Below, piece by piece: positions 49,968 to 59,502 of a DNA stretch of 64,000 bases. The stretch is from a bacterium (lineage in GTDB: Bacteria > DUMJ01): contig JBMFMV010000001.1 of the NCBI GenBank assembly GCA_049970495.1, positions 45,425 to 109,424 on the forward strand, read 5' to 3'. A program made the translations under genes and the position numbers. The notes under the pieces were generated by a model that saw only the letters and a list, made by a program, of their open reading frames with translations, had not been told where the DNA came from and searched no databases. How positions within the stretch are numbered: the stretch's first letter is position 1; every line of letters starts with the position of its first letter.

Positions 49968-51035
49968 TTATAATGGGAATCTAACAGATACTAATTCCCC
50001 AACTTCTCTTAACTCTTTAATAACTTCTGGACTAAGTTGAACCCCTGTCTTTTGGTTTTCCACATATCTTCTAAACTCTATCTCTCCTGGAAGTAATATC
50101 TCATCTACCCCCTTTGCCTTAGGTAAACCCTTTATTTCCTGTCTCATCAATTCAATTCTCTCTTTAAATTCTTCAACTGGACAAAAACTTGCTATATTGA
50201 ATACCATCATAAAATTACCTACGTTCTGTGGCTTAGAAAAATCATCGTATAGAGAACCTATATGTGAGCCGAACTCTGCACCACTCAAGATACCGCTAAA
50301 TATATCTATCATTATGGCTATACCAGAACCTTTAGGTCCTCCAAAAGGTAAGACTGCCCCTTTTAATGCAGATTCTGGGTCTGTAGTAAATTCTCCATCT
50401 GGATCAACCGCCCATCCCTCTGGGATAGTCTTACCCTCTTTTGCTGCTAGAATAATCTTACCCCTAGCAACAATACTGGTAGCCATATCTAAAAGAATAG
50501 GGGGGAAGTTTTTTGTTGGTACTCCAAATGCTATCGGATTTGTCCCAAGGTATGGGACCCTTGCTCCCCATGGAGCCATAGTAGATGGAGCATTTGACAT
50601 GACTATCCCAATCATATCTCTTTCTATAGCCTTTAAGGCATAGTAACCAGCACATCCAAAGTGTGTAGTATGTCTTACCCCTACAACTCCGACTCCAACT
50701 TTATTTGCCTTTTCGATAGCTAACTCCACCGCTTTGACACCAACAACTTGCCCTAACCCATTGTCCCCATCTAAAACTATCATAGAAGGGGTCTCTCTAA
50801 TAACTTTTATATTGGGTTCTGCATTTACTAACCCTGTCTGCAATCTTTTAACATATATGCCTAAACGAGTTACCCCATGTGAATTTATCCCCATAAGGTC
50901 TGCCCACACAAGATGATCTGATACTATATCTGCAGATTTTTTAGGAACCCCAAGTCTCACTAAGACGCTAGAACAAAATTCCTTCAAAAGTTCAGCATCT
51001 ATTTTAGAAGTTACCTGAGTCTCTACATTTTTCAT
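49968..51035 (-). CDS. Ldh_2 family 2-hydroxyacid dehydrogenase (ureidoglycolate/sulfolactate/malate DH-like)
   Basis: ADL.G..SHG, H.G, GTNPIA, LDMATS, PFGGPKGSG, LPGE.E. Confidence 0.9.
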   Translation of the reverse strand: MKNVETQVTSKIDAELLKEFCSSVLVRLGVPKKSADIVSDHLVWADLMGINSHGVTRLGIYVKRLQTGLVNAEPNIKVIRETPSMIVLDGDNGLGQVVGVKAVELAIEKANKVGVGVVGVRHTTHFGCAGYYALKAIERDMIGIVMSNAPSTMAPWGARVPYLGTNPIAFGVPTKNFPPILLDMATSIVARGKIILAAKEGKTIPEGWAVDPDGEFTTDPESALKGAVLPFGGPKGSGIAIMIDIFSGILSGAEFGSHIGSLYDDFSKPQNVGNFMMVFNIASFCPVEEFKERIELMRQEIKGLPKAKGVDEILLPGEIEFRRYVENQKTGVQLSPEVIKELREVGELVSVRFPL

Positions 51036-51709
51036 TCTTCCTCTGTCAATCCCTCTCTTTCTAATACCTGCCTTAAGTTTAATAGGTCAATAGTAAGTTT
51101 ACCCTGTCTTAGCTCCTCTATAACTTTTTTCTCAAACCTTTCTCTCTCCTCCGCCTTCTTTATAACCTCTTCTGCATCTTCCTTTTTAACCACTACAACT
51201 CCATCTGCATCTCCTAAAACTATATCTCCAGGATTTACAATAACCCCTGCACAGGTAATAGGGTGATTGATATAACCCAGTAACTTCTTAGTAGTGGCCT
51301 TTATAGATATTGACCTACAAAATACTGGAAATCCCAAAGCTTTTATTGCCTGAGTATCCCTAACCCCTCCATCTATTATAAGTCCTTTGATACCTCTCTC
51401 CATTGCTGCAACAGTAGCTATTTCTCCCCATGCCCCAGCTTCTTCATAGTCTCCAATATTCACAACCAGAATATCTCCAGGCTGAGCTACCGATATAGCT
51501 TTATGAAGCATTAGATTATCTCCAGCACGAGATAAAACCGTAACAGCAGGCCCACAGAGTTTCATATTTTCATCTATCGGCTTTATATATGATAGCATTG
51601 CCCCCTTCTGTCCGTTTGCCTCATAAACTGTGGCTGAAGAAAACTGAGATAGCCTTTCAATTAATTCTTGACTGACTCTTTCAATTCTTTTTATCACATT
51701 TGGCTTCAT
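51032..51709 (-). CDS. RraA-family HMG/CHA aldolase (LigK-like)
   Basis: ATVYEA, GPAVTV, GDNLMLH, WGEI, IDGGVRD, PGDIVLGDADGVV. Confidence 0.85.
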   Translation of the reverse strand: MKPNVIKRIERVSQELIERLSQFSSATVYEANGQKGAMLSYIKPIDENMKLCGPAVTVLSRAGDNLMLHKAISVAQPGDILVVNIGDYEEAGAWGEIATVAAMERGIKGLIIDGGVRDTQAIKALGFPVFCRSISIKATTKKLLGYINHPITCAGVIVNPGDIVLGDADGVVVVKKEDAEEVIKKAEERERFEKKVIEELRQGKLTIDLLNLRQVLEREGLTEEE

Positions 51710-52371
51710 CTTAACTCTCCTTTATAGAATTTTAAGACATCTTCTTTTGCATTCTTTATATGTGTTCTCATAGCTAGTTCACTCTTATCAGGGTCTCTTT
51801 CTTTTATGGCATTAAGAATCTCCATATGTTCCTTTAATGATTTTAAGGGCCTTCCAGGTATATGAGAGGAGCGAAATTTAAGAAGTTGTATCTGATTTTT
51901 TAAGATTTCTAAGTGACTTATAAGCCTACTATTTTTACTAGCATTATGAATAAGATTATGGAAGACTTCATCATACTTGATACAGTTATTATAATCTTTA
52001 CTCTCCACAGCGGCTTTATAATCATTGAGGGCTTTCTCTAACTTATCAATAAAAGAGCTGTCTGCATACTTTACTGAATATCTTGCCGCTGTAGCCTCTA
52101 GGACCTCTCTCAAGATATAAATCTCCTCTATATCGTTTACATCAAGACTTACTACATAGGCACCTCTTCTTGGAATTATCTTGACAAGGCCCTCCTTTTC
52201 TAAAGCAGTTAATGCAGTTCTTACAGGTGTCCTACTCACATTGAGCTGTTTAGAGAGATCTTCTTCTACTATCTTAGAGTTAGGGGGAAGCCTCTGTTGA
52301 AAGATCATAGACTTTATCTCTTCATATACTAATGTCTCTAAATTTTTATACTTTGTCTTTAGATCTGACAT
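51706..52371 (-). CDS. GntR (FadR/FCD) transcriptional regulator
   Basis: VSRTPVR.AL..LE.EGLV HTH; FCD motifs R..LE, D..FH, N..L, EH..I. Confidence 0.93.
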   Translation of the reverse strand: MSDLKTKYKNLETLVYEEIKSMIFQQRLPPNSKIVEEDLSKQLNVSRTPVRTALTALEKEGLVKIIPRRGAYVVSLDVNDIEEIYILREVLEATAARYSVKYADSSFIDKLEKALNDYKAAVESKDYNNCIKYDEVFHNLIHNASKNSRLISHLEILKNQIQLLKFRSSHIPGRPLKSLKEHMEILNAIKERDPDKSELAMRTHIKNAKEDVLKFYKGELR

Positions 52372-52397
52372 AAACTTCCCCCCATAGTCTTTAATAT

Positions 52398-53090
52398 TTA
52401 TAATACAGTCTCATCTAGAGGCAATCCTGCCTGTTCATAGAGTCTTCTACGTCCTATCTTATCCTCTTCAAGTATCTTCAATGCTATATCTGCCACCTTT
52501 AATGCATACTCCTGGGGAACTACAACTACACCATCTCCATCTCCAACTATTACATCTCCAGGTCTTACTAAGACTCCACCACAGTTTATAGGTTTATTCA
52601 TAGACTCAAATTCCATCCTACCCTGAACCATAGTTCTAGATATATACCTGCAGAATACAGGCACCTTTTCTATTATGACTTCATCGGTATCTCTGCATCC
52701 TCCATCGGTTACTAACGCCCTAGCTCCTTTATTAAAATATGCAAGGGAATTATTTGAACCTAGAAGCCCTACATCTAAATCATGAGCATCAATTACTATT
52801 ATATCTCCTGGCTCTATAATCTCTCCAAAGGGATAGGTACAAACATTTGCATACCAATCTTCGACAAATTTTGTATACTCTTCTGGGCTCATAGTAGGGA
52901 CTATTCTATTTGTAGGGACATACCTTACTGTCTTAGCTATACCACACACCCTTACCGGTCTAAATAGCGGCCTTATATCCCTAGACATTAGACCAATATT
53001 TCTTAACATAAGCCAATCCATTGCATCACACACATCTGCTACCCTTAATGGAGCAAACTTTTCTAAAATCTTTTCCCTATCAACTGCCAT
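52398..53090 (-). CDS. RraA-family protein (second, divergent paralog)
   Basis: LRVADVCDA, DGGCRDTDE, VRPGDVIVGDGDGVVVVP. Confidence 0.85.
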   Translation of the reverse strand: MAVDREKILEKFAPLRVADVCDAMDWLMLRNIGLMSRDIRPLFRPVRVCGIAKTVRYVPTNRIVPTMSPEEYTKFVEDWYANVCTYPFGEIIEPGDIIVIDAHDLDVGLLGSNNSLAYFNKGARALVTDGGCRDTDEVIIEKVPVFCRYISRTMVQGRMEFESMNKPINCGGVLVRPGDVIVGDGDGVVVVPQEYALKVADIALKILEEDKIGRRRLYEQAGLPLDETVL

Positions 53091-53115
53091 ATTTTTGCCT
53101 CCTTATTTTTTAGTT

Positions 53116-53141
53116 TATCCCCGAGGGTTACCTCGGGGATA
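53116..53141 (-). terminator. Intercistronic stem-loop after the sugar-binding-protein gene
   Basis: Perfect TATCCCCGAGG-GTTA-CCTCGGGGATA. Confidence 0.7.
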
Positions 53142-53147
53142 TTTTTA

Positions 53148-54485
53148 CTACTTATAAAACTTCTTAAGAACTTCTAATATCTTAGGTTTTGCTGCCTTTG
53201 CAGCATCAGCTGCAGTCCTTTTACCAAGATATACTGGGTCAAATTCAGTCCTTAGTATTGTATTTATCTCAGCAGCTCCTGCGGGGATTCTAGCATAGCC
53301 AAGGTGTACACCAACTTTGGTCGGATTTATTACTGCATCTACCCAGACCCTCCTCCAGTTCTCCTCTATATAGATACCCCTTTCCACCTGGAGCTCAAAC
53401 CTCTTTGCCCACATATCCATCCTTTGGCTACCCCATCTGTAGTGTTCGGCAACTTTCTCAGATACCTCCTTAGATAGTGCATACTTTATAAATCTCCATG
53501 CAACATCTGGGCATTTGCTTCCAGTTGGAATGGCAAATCCAGTAGCCCCAAGGGCATACCATATACCACCTTTGCCCTTTGGCAGAAATTCTACTCCATA
53601 TCTCTTAACGGGTCTCTTCTCATACCTTATCCAATACCCTTCAGCTGCATGTGGGAAGCAAGACATTGCAGTTTTGCCTATTCTAAATGGAGGTCCTAAA
53701 CCTGCTATCTGGTCAGAGGTTGGGGCTACTTTATACTTATTAATACAATCCGCCATAAACTGAATAGCCTCGATAGTCTCTGGCTTATCTATAAAGACTG
53801 ACTTATAGTCATCGCTATAGGTATCTCCACCAAAAGACTTAATCATAGCCCAACCCATTTCATGATGCCACCAGCTAGCCGGGTCTCCACCAAACATCAA
53901 GTCTGTAGTACCCCACTGATCAGTAATTCCATCGCCATTGAAATCTTTAGTAAGCTTTTGTGCTGCAGTCAAAAAGTCTTTCCAAGTCCAACCCTGCCAA
54001 GGATACTTGACTCCAGCCTGATCAAACATATCCATATTGTACCATACCGCTATTCCACCATGATCTTTGGGGAGTACGTACTGCTTACCATCATGCTGGA
54101 ATATCTTCTTTAAGACAGTAGGGATTTGAGCTAAGTCAGGTGCAAATGCCTTATCTTTCCTAATATAGTCATCTAAAGGTCTTAAAGCACCCTGGGCAGC
54201 ATAATCTTTAAATCTAGAATAGTGCATCCAAACTAGGTCAGGATGCTGTCCACCTGCAAACATCGTAGCAATCTTAGGCCAATAGTCACCCCAAGGTTCA
54301 ACACTAAGCTTTACCTCTACATCAGGATTCCTCTTTTCAAATTCCTTTATAAGACCTTGCCAGAGATCCAACTCTGGTCCAGGTGACATAGGAGCAAACC
54401 AATTCAGTACGGTTTTACCAAGGACTAGCCCAGGTAAAGATAACAAAAACACTAAGCATATTAAACTACCTAAAAATCTTCTCAT
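53148..54485 (-). CDS. Carbohydrate ABC (CUT1) substrate-binding protein
   Basis: Signal peptide; FEK.NPDV.V, YN.DMF..AG..YP..WTW.DF. Confidence 0.9.
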   Translation of the reverse strand: MRRFLGSLICLVFLLSLPGLVLGKTVLNWFAPMSPGPELDLWQGLIKEFEKRNPDVEVKLSVEPWGDYWPKIATMFAGGQHPDLVWMHYSRFKDYAAQGALRPLDDYIRKDKAFAPDLAQIPTVLKKIFQHDGKQYVLPKDHGGIAVWYNMDMFDQAGVKYPWQGWTWKDFLTAAQKLTKDFNGDGITDQWGTTDLMFGGDPASWWHHEMGWAMIKSFGGDTYSDDYKSVFIDKPETIEAIQFMADCINKYKVAPTSDQIAGLGPPFRIGKTAMSCFPHAAEGYWIRYEKRPVKRYGVEFLPKGKGGIWYALGATGFAIPTGSKCPDVAWRFIKYALSKEVSEKVAEHYRWGSQRMDMWAKRFELQVERGIYIEENWRRVWVDAVINPTKVGVHLGYARIPAGAAEINTILRTEFDPVYLGKRTAADAAKAAKPKILEVLKKFYK

Positions 54486-54599
54486 AAACTTCTCACCCTC
54501 CTAAAAATTTTTCTTTTGGTAATCCCCCCCTTTATAGATACCTCATCGCTCTTAGAGGAATAGATTCAAAATAATAAGTCCTCTTATTCTTCTAAACTC

Positions 54600-55463
54600 T
54601 CACCTCCCAGCCAATCCACTCATGACTACGCCTCTTATAAAGTATTTCTGAGCTACAAAGAAGGCTACCAGTATAGGTATCGTTGTAGCCACGGAAGCTG
54701 CCATAAGATAATTCCAGTCTGATCTTTCTGTCATACTAGTTAAGAATGTCCTAAGCCCTATAGCTATAGTTCGTTTCTCCATAGAATGTAGATACACCAG
54801 AGGTCCCATAAAGTCATTCCAGTGGTTTACAAAGTTAAAGATAAGCATAGTGATAACCACTGGCTGTGAAAGCGGCATAATTATTCTACTGTATATATAC
54901 CACTCATTTGCACCATCAATCTTTGCTGCATCGTCATAATCCAGTGGTAGAGTCATAAAGAATTGTCTACACAAGAATATAAAGAATGCTCCCCCACCGA
55001 ACCAGGATGGAACAATTAAGGGGTAAAACGTATCAATCCAACCTAGCCATCTAAAAAGTATAAACGTGGGTATTAGAGTAACTACATATGGTAGCATCAT
55101 TGTAGATAGACAGAGCATAAAGAGTAAATTCTTCCCAGGGAACTGTAGTCTAGCAAAAGCATAGCCAGCAAGTGAGGCGGTTAAAACACTCCCTATTGTA
55201 GCAAAAACTGTTATTATTATTGTATTCTTTAGAAATGTTGCAAATGGGAGTAAAGTAAGAGCTATCCTATAATTCTCCCACATAAAAGGTTCTGGAATCC
55301 ACTTTGGTGGATAAGTAAATTCTTGCCCAGTTGGCTTAAGAGAAGTACTAATTGCCCAAAAGAATGGAATTATAAGAAGCGCACCAAATCCTGTTATAAC
55401 TATATAGGCTATAATCTTCCATATGATTTCTCTTATTCTCTTATTCTCTTTTATATTCATCAT
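54600..55463 (-). CDS. Carbohydrate ABC permease (MalG-like)
   Basis: GYAFARL.FPG, DAAKIDGA, WNDFM.PL. Confidence 0.92.
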   Translation of the reverse strand: MMNIKENKRIREIIWKIIAYIVITGFGALLIIPFFWAISTSLKPTGQEFTYPPKWIPEPFMWENYRIALTLLPFATFLKNTIIITVFATIGSVLTASLAGYAFARLQFPGKNLLFMLCLSTMMLPYVVTLIPTFILFRWLGWIDTFYPLIVPSWFGGGAFFIFLCRQFFMTLPLDYDDAAKIDGANEWYIYSRIIMPLSQPVVITMLIFNFVNHWNDFMGPLVYLHSMEKRTIAIGLRTFLTSMTERSDWNYLMAASVATTIPILVAFFVAQKYFIRGVVMSGLAGR

Positions 55464-55464
55464 A

Positions 55465-56373
55465 TCACCCTCTCAACTCTCCTTCATAGAATACCCAGTA
55501 TCTAGAACCTCTAAATTGAAGTATTGTAAGTACTAAGACAAACATAAACAGTGCCCATGCAAGGGATGAGGCATAACCCATCCTAAAAAACTCGAATCCA
55601 TTCTGATAAAGGTATAAAACTAAGAAGAGCGTACTGTTTGCAGGTCCACCTCTAGTCATAACATATGCCTGAGTGAACACCTGGAAAGAAGATATAACCT
55701 GCATTATAGTAACAAAAAATATAGAGGGTGAAAGCATGGGTAAGGTTATCTTCCAGAATTTATGCCAGAGTCCTGCCCCATCTATCTCTGCCGCCTCATA
55801 GAGTTGTTCAGGAATCCCCTGAAGACCTGCAAGCAGAATAATCATCATTCCTCCTATCCCCCAAAGACTCATAAGTATTAAAGATGGTTTGGATAATGCA
55901 GGATCATAAATCCACCTTATTCGAGGGTGAATTCCTAAATACCCAAGCAGCGCATTAGCAAGTCCAAAATCAGGGTTAAATATCCAAAGCCACATAATGC
56001 TACTTGCAACCGCTGGTGTGATAGAAGGGATATAATAGATAGTTCTATAGACCGAGATTCCTCTTAATTTTAGATTCATAGCAAGAGCTACACAAAGGGC
56101 AGCAATTACTCTCAGAGGAACACCGATTATCGTATAATAGATCGTATTGTAGAGAGAAATCCAGAATAGCTCATCTTTGAGCATAAATCTGTAGTTTTCT
56201 ATCCCTATCCACTTTGGAGCCTGAAGAAGAGGCCAGTCCATAAAGCTTATTACTATCGACGCTATCATTGGACCCGCAGTGAATGCTATAAAACCAATAA
56301 TCCAAGGACCTATCATTAGATAGGCATTTATCGCTTCTCTCCTTTTGTATCCTGGTAGTCTACCCATATCCAA
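55465..56373 (-). CDS. Carbohydrate ABC permease (MalF-like)
   Basis: G.ENY, LAGLQGIP..LYEAAEIDGA, MT.GGP, MGYAS. Confidence 0.92.
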   Translation of the reverse strand: MDMGRLPGYKRREAINAYLMIGPWIIGFIAFTAGPMIASIVISFMDWPLLQAPKWIGIENYRFMLKDELFWISLYNTIYYTIIGVPLRVIAALCVALAMNLKLRGISVYRTIYYIPSITPAVASSIMWLWIFNPDFGLANALLGYLGIHPRIRWIYDPALSKPSLILMSLWGIGGMMIILLAGLQGIPEQLYEAAEIDGAGLWHKFWKITLPMLSPSIFFVTIMQVISSFQVFTQAYVMTRGGPANSTLFLVLYLYQNGFEFFRMGYASSLAWALFMFVLVLTILQFRGSRYWVFYEGELRG

Positions 56374-56406
56374 ATCTCCCTTCTTAAGTTTTAGTATAAA
56401 GTATTG

Positions 56407-56447
56407 TATTTTGTATACAAAATAGCAAAATATAAACTGTTTGTCAA
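56407..56447 (-). promoter_or_regulatory. Promoter with overlapping GntR-type operator palindrome
   Basis: Perfect 18 bp palindrome TATTTTGTATACAAAATA (56407-56424) overlapping TGC-TATTTT (-10); TTGACA at 56447-56442 with a 17 bp spacer. Confidence 0.72.
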
Positions 56448-56549
56448 GTCAAATTTCCTATTACAATAGATAATTACCAGGAGGGAATATGAAGAAGGAA
56501 ATCTTAAGTTGTGTATTTGGAGAGGAATCTTGCTTTTCTCATTCCCAAC

Positions 56550-56582
56550 AGAGAGGGGACGGTAAATTATCATCCCCTCTCT
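56550..56582 (-). terminator. Hairpin after a binding-protein gene
   Basis: AGAGAGGGGA...TCCCCTCTCT. Confidence 0.65.
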
Positions 56583-56590
56583 AAAAGATC

Positions 56591-58570
56591 TTACTTAGAT
56601 TCTTTTATAAAGAATTGTTCTGGGTTTAGATATCCTGGGGATAGAAGTGGATAGGCATATATTGCACTCTTAGGGACATTTTTAAAGTTATTTTTTACAA
56701 CACAAGGAGCTGGGTATCCTGCTATAGTGGGTATAGCAAAGAGATTCTTTGAACATAATACCAATGCATTCTCTGCCAATTTATTTTTCTGTTTTTCATC
56801 GGTAGTAACCTTTATCTTATCAAAGATAGATATTAGCTTTAGGGCATCACCTGTAGGTTTTTCTGCCCCCTCAGCCTTACCACCAGAAGCATACCATAAA
56901 CCCCAGAGAGGTGCCCAATAAGTAGAGTTGGCATTTGGTATAAAACTACGAGAGTATGTTAAGAAGTACCTACCTGTAGTGTAATCAACCTCGTAGGCAG
57001 CTATTTGATACTCACTTGCACTAATCCTGGGCCACCAAAGTGCACCACTTACAGTATCTATAGCAGTCTTTATACCTATAGCATCCCAATATTTCTGAAC
57101 TAACTCTGCTACATCCGGATGAATAGGATAAGCCAGATTTACTATTATGGTAAGATTGAGTGGCTTTCCATCAGGCCTTAGTCTATATCCACTCTTATCC
57201 TTTTTAAGGCCAAGTTCATCTAGAAGCTGACTTGCCTTCGTTGGGTTATACTCGTACAGACTCCTTAGCTCTTTATCCTCCCAATAAGATTCTGGTAGTA
57301 ATTTATAAGCAGGATCCCCTAATCCTAGATAGATGAGATTATTTATCTCATCCCTATTTATAGCCAAAGACAAGGCAAGTCTAAATTTATAGTTTCTGAG
57401 TAATTTCTGCAATACATCATCCTTCTTTAGATTTTGATTTATAAAGAAAGCTGTTCCCGATGCGCCTGAAGTCCATCTATAGACATCATAATTCCCCTTA
57501 GCTCTATTCTCCATCAAAAGTGTATAGTTAGGGAATGCTATATTTCTACACTGCATATCAATTTCTCCAGCCACCGCCTTCATATTTATTAGTTCAATAT
57601 TTTGTACCATATCAAAGGCTATTCTATCTATATAAGGAAGTTGATTCCCTTCTGTATCTATCTTCCAATAGTAGGGATTTCTTTCTGCTATTATCCTTGT
57701 AGCTGTAGGTTCTGATCTTAAAACCCAGGGTCTTAATGATGGTAATTCCTTATTAAGATGCGCAGAAGCCTTGTTAGAAAATAATTGATACCAAAATTGA
57801 AATTTAGCATCCTTTGTCATTTCTTCTAGTTTCTTTGGATCAGTATACCTAGGATGGAATTGTTTTAGATAATGCTTAGGAAAATCAAATAGATTAGGTC
57901 CAGGCCCTTCAGGTCCTGCAAGGTAATCTAAGAATAGAGAGTACGGTCTAGCAAACCTAAATCTAACTGTATAGGTATCTATTTTTTCTACTTTACCAGG
58001 TACACCCTCTGTTACAAACCAGCTTGGAATTGTAGGAGAGATCTCTTTATTTAGTAGCACATCCTCATACCAAAACATGATATCGTCAGCCGTAAAAGGT
58101 TCCCCATCAGACCATTTTACTCCCTTTCTTAGATAGAAGGTATAGACTCTACCACCTTCAGTTACTTTCCAAGATGTGCAGAGATTAGGAATTATGGTTT
58201 TTCCGTCTCTTGCCCATTTTACTAATGGTTCATAGCCTAGACGTTGATGGATCATAGTATCAGAAGGGCTTAACGCTGCCCTTCTCCATGTCCCGCCATA
58301 CTGACCCACCTCCTCTACTGGTTCTACTACAGCTGGTTCTTCTGGCAATCGCTTCTCTAGTGGAGGTAACTTACCCTGTTTTACTAATTCTATTAACATA
58401 GGAGCTTCATTAAATTTCGTAATCTTTTTACCTGTAGCCTTCTCGTAATCCTTTATTGTAGGATACTGACCCAAAGGATTTTTCTGTTGAGAAAAGACTA
58501 TAGCGAAACTCCCTAGCACCATAGATACACTCAAAACTAAAACTAATAAAATCTTCAAAGACCTTTTCAT
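56591..58570 (-). CDS. Family-5 ABC substrate-binding protein (orphan)
   Basis: Signal peptide; EAP.L..LVK.GKLPP.EKRLP, LRKGVKWSDGEPFTADD, RNPYYWK.D..GNQLPYID. Confidence 0.9.
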   Translation of the reverse strand: MKRSLKILLVLVLSVSMVLGSFAIVFSQQKNPLGQYPTIKDYEKATGKKITKFNEAPMLIELVKQGKLPPLEKRLPEEPAVVEPVEEVGQYGGTWRRAALSPSDTMIHQRLGYEPLVKWARDGKTIIPNLCTSWKVTEGGRVYTFYLRKGVKWSDGEPFTADDIMFWYEDVLLNKEISPTIPSWFVTEGVPGKVEKIDTYTVRFRFARPYSLFLDYLAGPEGPGPNLFDFPKHYLKQFHPRYTDPKKLEEMTKDAKFQFWYQLFSNKASAHLNKELPSLRPWVLRSEPTATRIIAERNPYYWKIDTEGNQLPYIDRIAFDMVQNIELINMKAVAGEIDMQCRNIAFPNYTLLMENRAKGNYDVYRWTSGASGTAFFINQNLKKDDVLQKLLRNYKFRLALSLAINRDEINNLIYLGLGDPAYKLLPESYWEDKELRSLYEYNPTKASQLLDELGLKKDKSGYRLRPDGKPLNLTIIVNLAYPIHPDVAELVQKYWDAIGIKTAIDTVSGALWWPRISASEYQIAAYEVDYTTGRYFLTYSRSFIPNANSTYWAPLWGLWYASGGKAEGAEKPTGDALKLISIFDKIKVTTDEKQKNKLAENALVLCSKNLFAIPTIAGYPAPCVVKNNFKNVPKSAIYAYPLLSPGYLNPEQFFIKESK

Positions 58571-58571
58571 C

Positions 58572-59450
58572 TTAAAATGCCTCCTCTTCTCTTAATTCTA
58601 ATAACCTCTTAGCATTCAGATGAGTTATCTTCTCATAGGCTATCTTAGATATTTTACCAGATTCCAAGGCGTTCTTTATATAGTTAACTATAGGGACTTC
58701 TTGATTATGATGACAAAAATCCGTTCCAAATAGAAGCTTATCCTGAAATTCTTCTAAAAATTTATATCCGTATTCAGGGTCTCTTGTAATGGCATTAAAA
58801 CCACTCCCTGCAGAAAGGTCTCCGTAGAGATTATCATACTTCTTCAGCAATTCCTGTAACCTTCCAGGAGCTTTTATTGGTCCCTTTGGATATCCTCCTC
58901 TAGTATCTTCAGATACATCTGCGCTTATCTCTGCCCAGAAAGACATAGCATGCCCTATAAAGATAGTCTTAGGTGATTCTCTCAGAGCTCTTTCTAATCG
59001 CGGCAGATAGATATCATCTACAAGACCATAAGGCGCCCCTATCCTATCTACTAAATGGAATAATACAGGCATCCCTAACTCTCCGCATTGGGCAAAGAGG
59101 TTCAGTACCATAGGGTCATCTATGTATAGATTAGCGGTTATCTCCCCAACACCTCTACATCCAAGGTCTTTGTACTCCTGAAGTATCCAGGTAAAATCTG
59201 TCTTAGGAGAATTACTGATTTGCCTTGGGTCTAGCTTGCAAAAGGGTATTATCCTATTAGGATATCTTCTATACACCTCTATGACCTGTTCTGTAGTAAA
59301 CCAGAAAATGCTTCCTTCGGGAGTTGCATCTAGAGGTAAAACTACCGCCCTTTCTACTCCCCATCTATCCATATTTTCTATCAATTCTTCTACTGTTACT
59401 GGTATGTCTTCCCTTAATAATCTCCCTAAGTGTGTATGTATATCAATCAT
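58572..59450 (-). CDS. Amidohydrolase_2 family metal-dependent hydrolase
   Basis: IDIHTH, GVGE, PVLFH, FIGH, LLFGTD. Confidence 0.87.
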   Translation of the reverse strand: MIDIHTHLGRLLREDIPVTVEELIENMDRWGVERAVVLPLDATPEGSIFWFTTEQVIEVYRRYPNRIIPFCKLDPRQISNSPKTDFTWILQEYKDLGCRGVGEITANLYIDDPMVLNLFAQCGELGMPVLFHLVDRIGAPYGLVDDIYLPRLERALRESPKTIFIGHAMSFWAEISADVSEDTRGGYPKGPIKAPGRLQELLKKYDNLYGDLSAGSGFNAITRDPEYGYKFLEEFQDKLLFGTDFCHHNQEVPIVNYIKNALESGKISKIAYEKITHLNAKRLLELREEEAF

Positions 59451-59469
59451 TCTAATCTCCCAAAAATAA

Positions 59470-59492
59470 AATAGGGGGAAATCCCCACTATT
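59470..59492 (-). terminator. Hairpin/terminator after a binding-protein gene
   Basis: AATAGTGGGG-ATTT-CCCCCTATT followed by TTATTTTT on the minus strand. Confidence 0.65.
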
Positions 59493-59502
59493 AATGCTAG
59501 AC

